From Eledone cirrhosa (lineage: Eukaryota), in the NCBI GenBank assembly GCA_964016885.1, contig OZ024746.1, positions 58,280,001 to 58,344,000 of the forward strand: a stretch of DNA of 64,000 nucleotides. The letters run 5' to 3'. This document shows, one piece after another, positions 29,771-44,520 of the stretch; the stretch's first letter is position 1; each line of letters opens with the position of its first letter. The notes under the pieces were generated by a model. That model saw only the letters and a program-made list of their open reading frames with translations. It ran no database searches and was not told the origin of the DNA. The position numbers and the translations under genes were made by a program.

Positions 29771-30135
29771 TATGAAGACAGATATCTCATTGCTCAATTC
29801 TGTACAATATAATGTCTTACTGAGATTGGTGGATTAGTATATAAATATCAATAAATTAAAAACATATTCACAATTTAATCAGAAATGTATTCAAGTGCCG
29901 TAAACAAAACAGCAACTACAGTGAATTAAATGAGAGATGTAGAGGAAGTGATTATCCGAAAGTACGCCTTTGCTATGAAAGGATTTCATCTGAAAAACAA
30001 ATCTTAATCATGTGGAAACAATATATTTTAGTAAATGAAAATATTTCAACAATATAATATCTATTTAGTAGACTTCAGTTTTACGGTAGAATAAATTAAT
30101 AAATACACTGTTTCTCTCTTTCTCTTTCACTATTA

Positions 30136-30180
<45 letters not shown>

Positions 30181-30182
<2 letters not shown>

Positions 30183-30778
30183 CGTTTCTGAATTTGTTTA
30201 GCAAGATTCTTTATCTGAAAACGTGTGTTGAAACCGATATTGTTATACTTTGGGAGGGTCTTGCTGCCAATAAGAAACACACGCACCAGTAGTTTCACTT
30301 CAATTTATTATAATAAATTTATAAATTTATGGTTGGTTGGTTGGTTCCACAACCAGATAGTTGTTTATATATTGTCAAAGTTCTTTCGTCACACATCCTG
30401 TGACCTCTTCAGTGACTGTGGATGCTTTTCTTTGTTTTTGTGCCTCTCCTTTGTTCTGTCCTACGCCATTTTGTTTCTGAAACTTTGTTCTGTCCTACGT
30501 CATTTTGTTTCTGAAACAGAAACAAATTAACGTAGGACAGAACAAAGGAGAAGCACAAAAACAAAGAAAAGAATCCCCAGTCTCTGAAGAGGTCACAGAA
30601 TGTGTGACGAAAGAACTTTGACAATATATAAACAACTATCTGGTTGTGGAACCAACCAACCAACCAGAAATTTATAAATTCCTAAATTTATAAATTTATT
30701 ATAATAAATTGAAGTGAAAGCCTCTAGTGCGTGTGTTTCTTATTGGCAACATGACCCTCCCAAAGCATAACAATATAT
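30181..30778. mobile_element. Fold-back pLTR of a PLE family related to 2619-5168
   Basis: About 240-bp arms; HHR-like CTGAAGA-G-GTCACA/TGTGAC-GAAA at 30584-30612; shared end ATGACCCTCCCAAAG..AACAATAT. Confidence 0.85.
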
Positions 30779-30785
30779 ATATATA

Positions 30786-30973
30786 AAAAGAGGGTGTAGT
30801 AAGATACCAGGTGGACCATAACGCATCAGAGTACTCAATACATGTCGTATTTGAGTGGGTAATATGAAAAGATTCAGGACCTTGACGGCTGAACTCCGGA
30901 CGATTCGACAGCTGAGTTCGGATCTAGCCGTCGAAAAGGCTGGAGCTCAGCCGTCGCTGTCCTGAATATTTCT

Positions 30974-30975
<2 letters not shown>
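30786..30975 (-). mobile_element. Family H fold-back copy (diverged)
   Basis: Homologous to 5289-5490. Confidence 0.75.
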
Positions 30976-31006
<31 letters not shown>

Positions 31007-31010
<4 letters not shown>

Positions 31011-31292
31011 ACGTAATTCCTAAGGAAAAGCAAAGGAAAAAAGAGTGCTCTATGTATAGAACAGAGCTGTATAATTAGAAAGTGAACAATACAAAATATA
31101 ACTAGTCCATTACCAAAGGTTTCTGCATCACAGACGATAATAATATATACGCCTGGAACGGTCGTCAGATACAAATGTTATGAGATAACATCTCTATCTG
31201 AGGACCGATTCAGGCCTATATATTACTATCGTCTGTGATGCAGAAACCTTTGGTAATGGAGTAGTTATATTTTGTATTGTTCACTTTCTAAT
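31007..31292. mobile_element. Fold-back insert with HHR-like core
   Basis: Arms about 31077-31173 and 31194-31290; CTGASGA...GAAACCTTTGGTA. Confidence 0.72.
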
Positions 31293-31343
31293 ATACATAT
31301 ATATATATATATATATGTTAGTGTGTGTGTGTGTTTGTGTGTG

Positions 31344-31378
<35 letters not shown>

Positions 31379-31397
31379 CTGTGCATAATATATAAAT

Positions 31398-31452
<55 letters not shown>

Positions 31453-31474
31453 AGTGTGTGTGTGTATGTGTGTG

Positions 31475-31509
<35 letters not shown>

Positions 31510-31528
31510 CTGTGCATAATATATAAAT

Positions 31529-31592
<64 letters not shown>

Positions 31593-32270
31593 GTATATAT
31601 ATATGTGTGTATTTATATAATATGCACACACACACACACACACTCACACACACACATATATATATGTCTGTGAGTGGTTCTTTGTGGTGGGGTGTACATC
31701 TGGTGTATCAAATGTTTACGTGATACATCACTGAATTATGTTATAACCAATTTGATTTTTGGGGAATTACGTAATATGTCTCTAACAGTTTCCCTTTTTG
31801 CAGGAACTCTCTTCATACTCTTATATAATTTGTCTACTGTTCCTACTACTGATGTTCGTGATTCTGCTGTTTCTACTGATGATGCTGCTAGTGCTAATCT
31901 ACTGTTAATGCTACTACGGCTATTGCAGCTGCTACTACTGTTGTTGCTTCTGCTATTGTTGCTGCTGCTATTTCTGTAGGTATAGTGATACTAATAATAC
32001 TATTGCTGCTAATTGTCCTGTCTTCGTAATATTTCTTAACGATTCCCTTTCGACGATAAACTAAACACACTGCTCGTGAAATTCAGGTGTAAATTAATCA
32101 GAACTAATTATTTGGACGACAGGTATATCTTATTTTTACTAGCTGAGTGGACATAAAATGTCTTACTCGATGAGAAAACTCGGTGCCAAAATTAAACTTA
32201 TATACTAATCACCGTGAGCGGCATACCCTAACTGACACGCCATCTTTCTTAATATTCTATAGTTATTAAT

Positions 32271-32457
32271 TGTTTCTACTTTTGGCACAAGGCCAGCAAT
32301 TAACCAGTGTATTACTGGTACTTTATTTTATCGACCTCGTAATGATGAAAGGCAAAGTTAACCTCGGCGGGATTTGAACTCAGAATAGCAAGGGCCGTAA
32401 CTCTACGCGTCAAAGCATGGCGTCCGACCCTCTACCGATACTGCCAATCCATCGCCC
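32271..32457 (-). mobile_element. Full-length SINE family B with 16-bp TSD
   Basis: TSD TTCTATAGTTATTAAT at 32255-32270 and 32458-32473. Confidence 0.92.
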
Positions 32458-33239
32458 TTCTATAGTTATTAATGATCGGCAGTCGGTTCTGACCTCGTAT
32501 GTTCCTGTTATTTGACCAGCGAAATTACCTGCTCATGAAATCAACTCAAAAATGGTTGAGAATTTCTCGGATACGCCCACCCCTAATGGATGTCTCCGGA
32601 GGTTTCAGCATGTCATAGTCTGTAACAAGGCAATTTTAATTGCAAGTACAACTCATGTTTTCCCGTTGATTGAAGTGGAGCATTGTGAAAGAAAGTCTTG
32701 CTCAGGCACACAACATGCCACCAGGAATCGTGTTCAAGGTCTTATTATCGTGAGCCGAAGTCTACAACGTATCAGTGATGTGCCTTTAACTTCTTGATAT
32801 GCTCTAGTAGGAATTAATGTCTCTGTGTTTAATATGATATTAGCACTATGGGCCAGGTCTAATTAGTAAAGCTATTTTTGATTATTATATTTTCTTTCGT
32901 CTTACTATTTCGTAATGTTCCTATAACTATCAGTTTATGTAAACCCCAACTCTATCATTTCTGTTGATTTATACTTTTTTGGTGGGAGGGGGGATGCTAA
33001 TTATGGGGAGCCAGATATAATGTACTTAATTGTTTCTTGCCCACCACCAAATATTCTGTGGTTTCTTATTGTGTTTTATTTCATTATGCATTTCTACTGG
33101 GTTGTGGTGGTGGTGGTGTGTATGTGTGTATGTGTGTGTGTGGGGGGGGGGGGTATTGTACAGCAATACGATACCATTAGTACTGTGTTTCTTAACCAGC
33201 CTTGAACAATTTGCTTTTCCACTTTCTCCTCATTGAATC

Positions 33240-36200
33240 TTTTCAGATATTGGCCTTGTGGGCACTTTTCTTGCTCTTTATTTAACATAGCAATCTGGAG
33301 ATTTATTTTTAATGTAGATTTTATCTTTTTCACACATTCTCCTGCTGATCCCTTCTTTTTAAATTTCCCTCACAATTATCCCTCAATTCAGCTTTCGTTT
33401 TGAACTAGTTGGTTTCTTTGGAGACAGAGAACATGTTTCTTTTGTTTTGTATATGGTATTAATTGTCCAATGTTCTTAATTAGATACATTTATCCTTCAG
33501 TCGTTATTTTAGGATAGTTTTCTAGTTTCGTAAGCAAGCTCCTCCCCAGCTTCTGTGTTGGTCGTAGGTATAATCTTTCAACATCTGATTCTGAATTGTG
33601 TATTCTGAATACAATCATTTTTTCTTTGATTTTTTTCAGTCTCGTCCTGCTAGTCCTATTTATTGACCAGTTTAGGTTTTTAAACCTGTACCTCCTTACA
33701 TGGATGGCTAGAGCGTTGACGCATATTACATTGTTGTTTACAGTTACATATCCAACCTTTCTATATATATCTTTCTACTGTTTTCTGTCTTCTGTTTATT
33801 GAAGTCTAACTATTTGTATATCCGTGTTTGATCTAATTCTCTTATCTCAGTTTATTTACCTAGCCTGATATAAGAGACTTTCACTAGTTGTCCTCTATTC
33901 GTGCCTATATCATTTGCGAGTTAATGTACGCTCTGCTGCAGTGTTTCAAGTTATCTCACACCTACAGTGTACAACGTTAGATCGGCTCTCTACAGAAGAT
34001 AGTATTTATTATCTCAGATAATGATGTCAATGCAAAGTAGAAAATGAATTTGTTAATTCGGATGAGCTCAGTTCTAATAAATCCATCTTTCGTTTATATC
34101 TGCAGAACTCTTTGTCACTTGCTAACGGTTTGATTTCCGAATGGTTTCCTTGTTGTTTTTCCTTAGGGCTAGTGTGTTCAGTATCTCTTTATGAGGAACA
34201 CTTCGGAAAGCCTTCTCTTAATCAATCCATGCCATGTTGAGTTGCTTCTTCTGCAGTGTTCTATTGTGGTTTTGTTGATTACTAAACTGTCATAATAGCA
34301 ATATGATCAGAATCCTTCATATATTCTTTTATCACCGGCTTGGCCAACGTCTGCAATATTATTTCCCTCAAGGCCTTGCAGGTTATAGGAAGGCACGTTA
34401 TGATTCTAGATATGTGTTTGGAGGTGGGGGTTGGGATTAGGGTGGTTTTCTACATTGCTTTTCGGATACCGTTTATGTCTCTAACGAACTCTCTGGAATA
34501 TTTGTGCATGTACACCATGCATCCATATTAAACAAGTAAAATAAAAATGTGGGATGTTGTTCTGTCCCAGTACTTTCATTTGCTTGAGGTTTTCAGTTTA
34601 AATTTCACGCTAAACCATCACCAGTTATTGGGGATGGTAGTGAGTTATATGTAACTTGGAATGAAGGTTCATATAAAGAAGGAATCTGCTTGGTTGTGCA
34701 TCTTTTGGAAACGTTTATAACATCATTAGATGTTCCAAGACAACAATCGAAACTAAAAGAAAGCTGCTTAACGATGTTCTGCTGGTGATGACACTGTACA
34801 CCACCACTTCAAAAACTCTTCCAGTGGCCCAATGTAAAATGGAGTAGATCGTTCTCGGCTTCACCATACATGGCAGGCACAATAACACAGGAAAACTGGC
34901 GTGAAGGTTAACATCGAGACCATGAAGAATGGCAAAAAAGATGTGCTGGCCAAGACTCTCGTTTCATAGACAACAGGTGAACTATTAGATTGACAAAGAG
35001 GACACCAAACCAGCAGATAAGAACAGGAGGGCGGCCAAATACTAGATGGCAAGATGATCTGACCCGGTGTCTCGTCCTCATATGGCCCAATATAGCCAGA
35101 GATAAGATGCGGTGGAGTACAACAGGAGTGAGAAGGCCCTGGATTTTGGATTTAGTTTTTTTTTAGACACTTTTTCTGTTGTGATGTCTTCCCAAAGATG
35201 TTCATGGGCTGTATTTGCATCGCTTACTATACACTTCTAATGGGGATTCTCTGCCTGCCAACAATCTCTGCCAGAATATTCCAATTGTTGCTGGTTGAAC
35301 CATTTGGTTTCAGTGAAATTGCTGATTTTACAAAAGGAAACTCTCGGCGCTCTTCCAGCACCTTGATTCGTTGTGCCTTTGTACGTATATGTTGTTTCAG
35401 TCATTCCATAGTTCCAGTGATTTCCCTTTCTGTTATATTTCTTTAATATTTATATTTTCTACCATGTTCCTAATGTTGTTGCTTTCTTTACTATTTCATT
35501 TAAGATTGAGAGAAATATTCTTCTGTTTTCTCTCCTTTTGTGCGTCGTTGATTCCCAGGAGTTTTGGGGATTTTATACTAGATTGGATAGATCTAAGGGG
35601 GTACCCTCTGCTTCTATAACAACGGTGTCAATTGTGTATATTATGTTATTTAGTCTTGTGATAATGATGTTTCTGTTTGTATCGATAATGTCTATAATGG
35701 CGAGTTTAGTGGTTTCTATAATTGCTGCTCTTCCATCTTTGTATCTTTGGGAGATGTATTCCTTCCTTCCTAGGATGATCTATTGTTAGTTCTTGTATTA
35801 TTTCCAACTTTATTCCCTCGGGGTCCCGAATTCCGTCTTCTGGGTTTCTGTTGCTTACCTTTCTCGCCTCATATCACCGTTCTTTTGTAGTTTTGGCTGT
35901 GTTCTCCTTAATCGTTTTCCATTTGTCAGTATTATGTACGCCTCTTAGGGATGGGGTTTATTGCGTTTTGTTTACTTTATCTGTTTTAGATTTGTTGGGT
36001 ACATATTCGTAGTTTAAATTTTCGACATTTCTTGTGTTCGTTAGTTATTTTGTGTTTGTTATTTATTACTCTAAGTACTCTATTTCAATTTTTTCTTTTT
36101 TTTTTTTTTTTAGTATATTTCTTCTCAGATTTGCTTGTTTCTTGAATTCGAGTTTTAAATTAGAGTTTTCGGTATTTATCACCCCATCCAGATTTTATAT
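33240..36200 (-). mobile_element. Highly decayed R4/Dong-like RLE LINE, interrupted at about 34540-35150
   Basis: Minus-strand remnants RIITCLPIT (about 34385-34410) and LNMAWID*EKAFRSVPH (about 34190-34242); boundaries approximate. Confidence 0.6.
34760..35135 (+). mobile_element. Probable decayed LINE 3' fragment (RTE-like)
   Basis: Remnants AGH...GGRP..RWQDD..WPNIARDKMRW. Confidence 0.45.
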
Positions 36201-36799
36201 GTTTTGCTTTCATTCTTAGGGTATAGCGTTGCCGTGGAATATACATATAAAAGAGAAACATATTCCTCTCAAGTCCATTTACGTCATGTTGATTATATTT
36301 GTACCAGTTGAAGAGTAACATTCGTGTTTTTATTTACACTCTTCACTTCTGCCAGAAACCGGTTTCTTATATTTTTGTTACGTTTTTGCAAGCATGAGTC
36401 TTCGTATTTCATCCTTTATTATACGCTATGTATTTGTTTTATTTTTAGTGTTAGTTGTGTTTTCTTTACGCATTTAGTTTCGTAATAGGAATGCATACAA
36501 TACATTAACAAATCACTAAAATGTACGCATTTTACTTACATGCATCGCTTTTCGTTGCTTTTTCCTCCTTTGGTTTTTGTTGATGTTTTAGTCTTGATTA
36601 TACCCTCTACATCATATTGTGTATGTTTTGCATGTGTTTGCATTTTCTTCATATCTTACCAATGTAAATAGAGTCATATATATGTCAGGCAGTTTCTTCG
36701 GCCAATATCGAAATATTTCTCTTGGCACTGGAAACGTTAGTGTTTGAAGCCAAGCAGAACAAAGCGCACTGAACACTCTTAGCCATGCATTCACGCATA

Positions 36800-37108
36800 G
36801 AATTATGCTACAAAAACGACCTACTGAACTCTCCCAGGTATAGAGTCACAGGTACAAATCTGCTATTTAAACCAACTACTGAATTGCTTCAGCTGCCGTG
36901 TCACACATTCAAGTATATTCTTGAAACAAATATTGAACTGCCCCAGCTACAAAGTCACTCATAAACGTATGTTATTAAAGCCAACTACAGAACTGTCTCA
37001 GGCATAAAGTCACACATAGAACTATGTTATTAAAACTAATGACTGAACTGTCCAAGCTATAGAGATTATCAGAGAAGTCTGTTATTAATACCAACAACTG
37101 AATTGAAC
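36800..37108. repeat. Diverged minisatellite, about 55-bp period, about 5.5 copies
   Basis: ACTGAACT-like anchor recurs near 36823, 36878, 36932, 36987, 37042 and 37097. Confidence 0.75.
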
Positions 37109-37444
37109 TTCTATTCTTTTCATATTTTAATTAAGCTTTAATGTCTCCCTGTCTCTTTATGCATTAACAGAGAAATAAACTTCAAGTCAGCGTCGCCGAT
37201 AACATTAATATTTATATATTGATATTGTGAAAACCGTAAAACGGACACCTACAGAGACACACAAGCCCATACACACACACACACACACACACGCACGCAC
37301 ATACACATGAACACAGAAGCACACGTTCACACCTATATAGATAGAGAACGGGAGAGAGAAAACGTGATGTGTAGATAGATGTGCATAGTATACGCATAGA
37401 CATTGATATATATAAATATATATATAGACATACATACACACATT

Positions 37445-37510
<66 letters not shown>

Positions 37511-38813
37511 TGTATGTGTTTGTGAATGTAGAAACACATGTACATAATAATGTATACAATTAATGTACATATGTTGTAGAAATGAAAAGAATCTATTCTG
37601 GTAATTCTGGTGTAGAACGGACGAAAGAGAAGTAAATAACACTGATGTCTCAATACGTATCTCCTTTCACTAGCTATTCTTCAGATCACAAACATATGCT
37701 TCCTGTAGTGACCTTTTCCTCTTTAACACGACCGTGCAACGTTGGTGTTCGACCATTGCACAAGTATTACGGGCGGACATTGGACGAGTAATTATTTCCA
37801 AGGGAAAAGATCACTCTAAAGTACCTACATCAGCCAATGTGATTTGGTCATAAATGGAAACTTAACTTAATCAAATTTCTGACGTGAAGTGTTCTTCTCA
37901 ACGAGCAGTCTGTCATTATCAGATAATTCTTCATTGGCCTGCTAGGCGAACGATAGACAAGAACGTTTGCCAACCTCTTCATTTTATATGTAAACCAAAA
38001 TGTCTGGTCTAACGGCAACGTTCTGCGACACACCATCTAGTGTGTACAGAGTTTAGCGTCAAATTGCAGCTGATTTATGCTAATCATTCACACTTACGCT
38101 AATCAACCACTCTAATATCAACAGAATATTATAGTTATTCTCATCAGATGATATGTAAATATATAGAGATATACCGACGTAGATTGTTATCTATATATAG
38201 ATATATATTTGTACAGAATTTCGTTGCCTTGCTCTCGATACGCATTTTCTCAATCATGCAATTACCAAAGTTGGCGCCACACAAACACAGACACACACAT
38301 TCACATACACACACACACACACATACATATGTGTGTGTTGTGGTTATATATATATATATGAAATTGGCAGTTATAAACTTTTTTCGGTGAAAAAATGTTT
38401 TCTTCAGTATGATGGCAACCCATATGTTTATTGTGTAGAAACATAATATAAGTTTATACATGTTTTCATATACTCCTCCTTACTTCCCCATCTTTCCATC
38501 TCTTTCTCTCATCTCTGTCATCCTCACCCCCTCTCTCCCCCTTTATCTCTTTATATGTATATACATATATAGTGACAGGAGTTTGAAAAGAATTCGAAGA
38601 AATATATTGTCTATGTCCTATGCTGGTTGAATTTTACATACTTTGGTAGCATGGCATATCTTTTACATTTAAACGAAACTTCCTAGTTGTTTTTTTCTAA
38701 TATATACTCTCTGCCTGTGCATAGAGTGCTTGCCTTGGTACCAACACCAGTAATTCACTGAACCACCTACTCTATATATATTATATATATATACACTACA
38801 TATATATATATGT

Positions 38814-38927
38814 AACGAAGGAAGTGTGGTAAGGAACCAGATAGGTCATTACGTACCAGAGTACTCAATACTTAGGGTAGTAGAGTGGGTAATAGGAAAA
38901 TGTTTAACCCCGATGGCAGAGGTCAAG
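38814..38927 (-). mobile_element. Family H truncated copy
   Basis: AACGAAGGAAGTGTGGTAAGGAACCAG...GGGTAATAGGAA. Confidence 0.8.
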
Positions 38928-39927
38928 TTTGAAGAACTATTAGATAAAATATATTGTCTTTCCTCTCCCTACTCCGTAGAAATCAACCACATAAATAATC
39001 ATTTAAACGAGGCTATAAGTTTAAAATGTAACTATGACGAAATAATAGACAAATGATACAGACTATTTTCCACGAGGGACAGCCAGATAAAATTTATCTA
39101 GTCATCCATTTTAGCCCGTAGAAAGTGACTAGACAAATAATCAACTAAACGGACTTAGGTCTAAAATATACGTTGGAAGAAAAAATGCATATAAACTTTA
39201 CCAAAGTTCCTCTAGTCTTGACTGTCTTCAGTTTGGCTCCTTTTTTGCGAATAAATCCGATCCTGGATTTATCCACGAGGTTTGGAGCTGATCAAGAGAC
39301 TAAATTTTCTACCATGATCGCCGCCAGAAATGAATTAAAAAATGGCTAAGAAATATCACGTGGCTAATGGTCAAGGCAGAATATTGTGATTGGTTGCCAG
39401 GCAGCAAGTAGGTTGGTTGGTAGAAAGCGCAGCCAGATACTGCCTAGTGTGTTACTCTACCTTGCGGGAGTATATATTAAATTCATAGGGATATATGTAT
39501 GTATTTAGACATATATTTAGACATAGTCACATATACATATATGAGTGTGGCTACCTTTCACGGTGTGGCTCAGTGAAAGAATTAATTTAGCAAATAATTG
39601 TTAATCAGAGCTATATATAAAATTATAAGTTTGAAGAACTATTAGATAAAAACTTATTAGATAACTTATTAGATAACTTTTAGACCTATCTCCGTTTAGT
39701 TGATTATTTGTCTATTCAATTTCTACGGGCTAAAAGGAATGACTAGATAAATTGTATCTGGCTGTCCCTCGCGGAAAATAATCTGTCTCATTTGTCTATT
39801 AATTTTTCATAGTCACATTTTAAACTTATAGCCTCGTTTAAATGATTATTTATGTGGTTGATTTCTACTGACTAGGGAGAGGAAAGACTGTATATATTTT
39901 ATCTAATAATTCTTCAAACTTACAATT
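38925..39927. mobile_element. Non-coding element with about 240-bp inverted arms
   Basis: 38925-39167 is inverted to 39677-39921; extra direct copy of the arm start at about 39627-39651. Confidence 0.78.
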
Positions 39928-39955
39928 TTATATATATATATATATATAAAATTGT

Positions 39956-40031
<76 letters not shown>

Positions 40032-41147
40032 GTATATATATATATATATATAAGGGACACACCCGCATGAGTGAAGCGTGCATTAGTTGTTGTAAAGTCA
40101 CTTTTAGTTCCCTAAACAGCACGTCATTTCGAGATTCAGAATACCCACATTTCAATAAATAAATAAATATATCTCATACTTTAATTTAATATAGTTTACG
40201 TTTCTTTCTTGTTTGCAAGTCAAGACGTACACGTATACATGTATATACACATATATACGTATAAACAAAAATGAATGAAAATTCGAATGACACTTGCACA
40301 TTTACTTGAGTGCTCAGGTATATTCAATGAACTACAAATTTGTACGTAGAACCTCCTTCGGTACCGAAGATGATTATTCTATTTGAGTGATCAACAGAAA
40401 ATTCTGGTTGAACATTCTAGAGGCACGTCTTTCTGTAATACATTCTCAGTTAGATTGAGCGTGAGAGTATGTGTCACAAATATTGATCATTGAATCAAAG
40501 CTATATCTCATTTTTTTTAGAAGGTTAGTGGAATATAGTGCGTCACTCTAGGAATCAACACGCCGCCGGGAAACGAAATCTAGGAATTGTGAGTCAAAAT
40601 CCCGAACCACTAAGTCACCCGGCTTCACACGCTCATCTACACAAATCTAAGAGCGATGTATCTGTCCTGTGGTAATGCACCTTTGCATGTGAACAATTAT
40701 TATCACCTGAAGATGATCATAGACAATACCAATCAAAACAGTAATGTAGATAAAATTATATACAGTGTGTGTGCGTGCGGGCCTGCGTGTGTAAGAAAGT
40801 GAATGGGCGTGTGTGCCAGGGTAATTATCTTATCAATAGATGTGGTTCTACAAATACTAATAACAAATCTAATAAATACAGACGATGACACGAAGAAATG
40901 ACTTTTATAACCCATTAAAACTTGATCAGATCTGTGCATTTGAAAATTGCTTGCTTCACAAAATTGGTCTTCCTTTTATGGAGAAATTTCGAAAGTAAAT
41001 GTGAAACAAAAAAATAAGAGACAACAAAAACAAATAAAACTAACAAATCCAGCAATGAAAATGTAATTATTGTTACGAGAATTACCACATAGTCATTACT
41101 CTTATACTGTAGGTAGTCATTGTATACACAGACACACCCATACATAC

Positions 41148-41183
<36 letters not shown>

Positions 41184-41300
41184 ATATATTTATATAATAA
41201 ATAGAGATTGAGATTGAGAGAGATGTAGATAGTCACCGCCGTTTTAAATAAACATACACATACACTGACACACAAACATGCACACCCACACATATATATG

Positions 41301-41337
<37 letters not shown>

Positions 41338-41344
41338 ATGTATA

Positions 41345-41413
<69 letters not shown>

Positions 41414-41809
41414 ATATATAAATATATATATATGTATATATATATATACACATATATATATAGACATATATATAAATATGTATATATATATATGTATCTG
41501 TATATTTCCGTTTGTTTTATTCATTTAGCAAAGTTCTATTTCATTTGGTCGCGTCCACTCTTTTTCTCCGTCATTCATTCACTCTTTCTATCTATATAAG
41601 ACACTAACTCACGCTCCTTCTCTCTGTTTTTCTTTATTCGTCTCTCATTGCAATACCCACTCCATCCTCTCTGTTTTTCCTCTCTCTCTCTCTCCTCTGT
41701 TAACTCGACTCTAATGTTGGGAAGGATATAAAGTAAATTATCGTTTTCAGCGAATTCTTTTCAATATAAAGAAACAAATTGCGATTGAATAGTTGAAACT
41801 GCAAAAGTA

Positions 41810-41925
41810 ATAAAAATAATAATAATAATAATAATAAAGGTAATAGTAATAATAATGATAACGAAAGCAGCGGTGGCATCAGTTATAACAACAGTTCGAA
41901 TAACGACAAATACAACACTGCCATA

Positions 41926-41975
<50 letters not shown>

Positions 41976-42003
41976 GATAATAATGATAATAATAATAATA
42001 ATG
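41810..42003. repeat. (TAA)n/(TGATAA)n microsatellite region
   Basis: Direct runs. Confidence 0.9.
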
Positions 42004-43009
42004 CAAACTAAAATATCTACAAAAATATGAATAAAATTTACAAATTTTTGTCGGAGAAAGAAACTAAAATTTTGAAAAAAAATATCACTTGAAGAATATA
42101 TTTACATTTAGAGAAAATCTCCGAAATGAAACAGGTTTATTTATTTTTAGTTTTTTTGTGTAATAGTATTTTTTTTTTTGTTTTTTTGTCTAATGAATAT
42201 CTAAAACTGGCTGTAAAAATCTAAATGTTTTTCATTTATTTAAATAAGCTCTCTGTCAATCCCATGATAAAATGGAAATCAGCTTTCAATTTATGCATCA
42301 ATTCAGATTGTATTTTCGTCTGTCCAAAACATGTATTTATTCAAGGAGGATTAAATGTGTGACGCTCCAGATTGGCGAGGAGGTATTGACGCAACTGGAA
42401 GCAACTATCACTGTGGATGAACTAAAGCTATGTAAGCAACTACATCTGATATACTGGACATTCGTTGAACATAAAGACGAGTGTTCTAGTTGTTCGGACA
42501 ACAGAATATCAACATGTTTGTGATATCATTGAAATACCTGAGCTTCCCAGATAAACCTGCACCTGTAACATAATTTTAAATAATACTTGACATTTACTAG
42601 ACTTTGTTGCACATGGATAGTGCTACAACTGTGTGTGGTGGACCTATATCGCTTCCGAAAGACAATTTTACTTATTGTTAGAACAACGAAACTGCCAGCT
42701 TGTTAAATTAACAGTCAGGAGGCGGAGCATTTTCGAGACGCCTGTGCCCTTTATATATATTATCTAAGATATACTTAGATTGACACATTATGTAGCAAGG
42801 TTAGAAGTGGAAGAACATGAAACATGAATTAAAACTTCATAGTCCAAGAACACAATATGGCACCTGGTCAGGTTAATTGAAATGACAATGTTATGCTCAC
42901 AAACTCAACAGCCTGTATGTAGGTAGGTAGGTACTTAGGTAGATATGTATGTACGTATATATGTAGGTAGGTATGAGGTAGGTAGGGAGGGAGTTATGTT
43001 TGTATATAT

Positions 43010-44520
43010 GTGTTAGAATATCAGGACACTTCTTCACACTGCAATTACCAACTACCCAGAGCAACGATCCACCTTAGTTGTTCATGCACTCTCCTTACAC
43101 GGGGTTTCAGTGTTGCGGCACTCAGTGAATGTGCGTCATCCACCGACGGCAGCTAGAGTGAGTATGGGGCACGTTGCTCTCTCAACTCGACTGGGAGAGA
43201 AAACCAAAGGAGGAGCAACGCCCTGCAAGATTTGGTTTCATGGACTCTGACTACATCAACCCCAATATGTCTCACCATCCAACAGGCCTCAGTGACCGCA
43301 TCATGTCAATGTGCCCTCCTCTCCATGGCCGGCAGCATTTCACTCTTATTAGCGTCTAAACTCAAACGCTTCAGGAAGACCCTGTAGACAAGTATAAGCT
43401 CTACGAAATCTGAGTAACATCCTTCGAACCATCCCCGTTTATAACAAAGTAATTATATTCGGAGAATTGCAAGCAAAAGTAGGTCATGACGCTGAAACCT
43501 GGTGTGGTCGGGAAACACAGTATGGGAAGATGTAATGACAATACTCGCCTATTTCTTGAATGCTGTTCTGAGCTGGAAATTATCATTACAAACAGCCTAT
43601 TTCAAAAGAAAAAAACGGCTAGAGTCGAATTGCATGCAACCACAGTTCAAACACAGGCATCTAATCGACTATCTAAGTATGCAATAGTTTGGGCAGAATG
43701 TCAACCAGACCATTGTCTTGTCCGCTAGCAGCCTCTAAAAGGAATAAAAGGAAACTGTGTTGGTAAACTTTTCACAGGTGAAGGCAAGGCAATAATCTAG
43801 CATGATTTGCAGCTCAAATAAAGGTGACGAACACCCAGCTGACTTTACCAATTGAAACACTTTGGGACCATGCCGAGAACATTCTTCTGCATGCTACCAT
43901 AGATTCGCTTGAAGTCTCGCCTAAGAAAAACCAAGACTGGTTTGATGAGAATATCAGGGAAGTCCAGAAAGTCCCCGTGGAAAAGAGGTCAGCTCAACTG
44001 TCCTACTTGGCTTAACTTTCATGCTCTCAGAGGCGGGTAGCCATCTGGCACACCTGTAGTAAACCCCGTGCAAACTCCAAAAAATTCAAAGCAATTGATG
44101 TAACTGTCTTGCAGAGAAAAACCAGACATATCCACACACCGATAATTACATCTTGTTCTGTCAAGCCCTGAAAGTAGTCTACGGGACATCATACCGGCTA
44201 CGGGACATCTACGCGGGATATCATACCGGCTACTGTGCACTCTCTGAAGTTAAGATGGAAACGTTCTGCCAAGTGACATGGATCGCATCCCAGTCCGCTG
44301 GTCTAAACATTTTCAGAGTCTGTTTTACGCGAACTGGCTGGTCTATGGCGCTGCTGTAAAATCTAGTTTCACAAACGCCCAACACTCAGGAAAATCATAC
44401 AAGCTATTAAACTACTGAATACCGCCAAATACTCAGGTGTTGACAACATTCTAGAAAGGTTTGCATCAATGTCGGTCCACCTCGAGAGTCCAGACTTTAT
44501 GAATTATTTATCAGTTGTTA
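43010..44520 (+). mobile_element. Decayed RTE (BovB-like) LINE, APE endonuclease to start of RT
   Basis: NIRTLL, VAALSE, GVVGKHSMGRCNDN, ITNSLFQ, HLIDY, PKKNQDWFDEN remnants. Confidence 0.78.

Noticed and set aside
36800-37108. Periodic repeat as a CRISPR-like array
   Set aside because: The whole unit is degenerate with no unique spacers, the context is eukaryotic and there are no cas genes.
42272-42523. 83-aa ORF with possible internal splice signals
   Set aside because: No recognisable homology or supporting exons.
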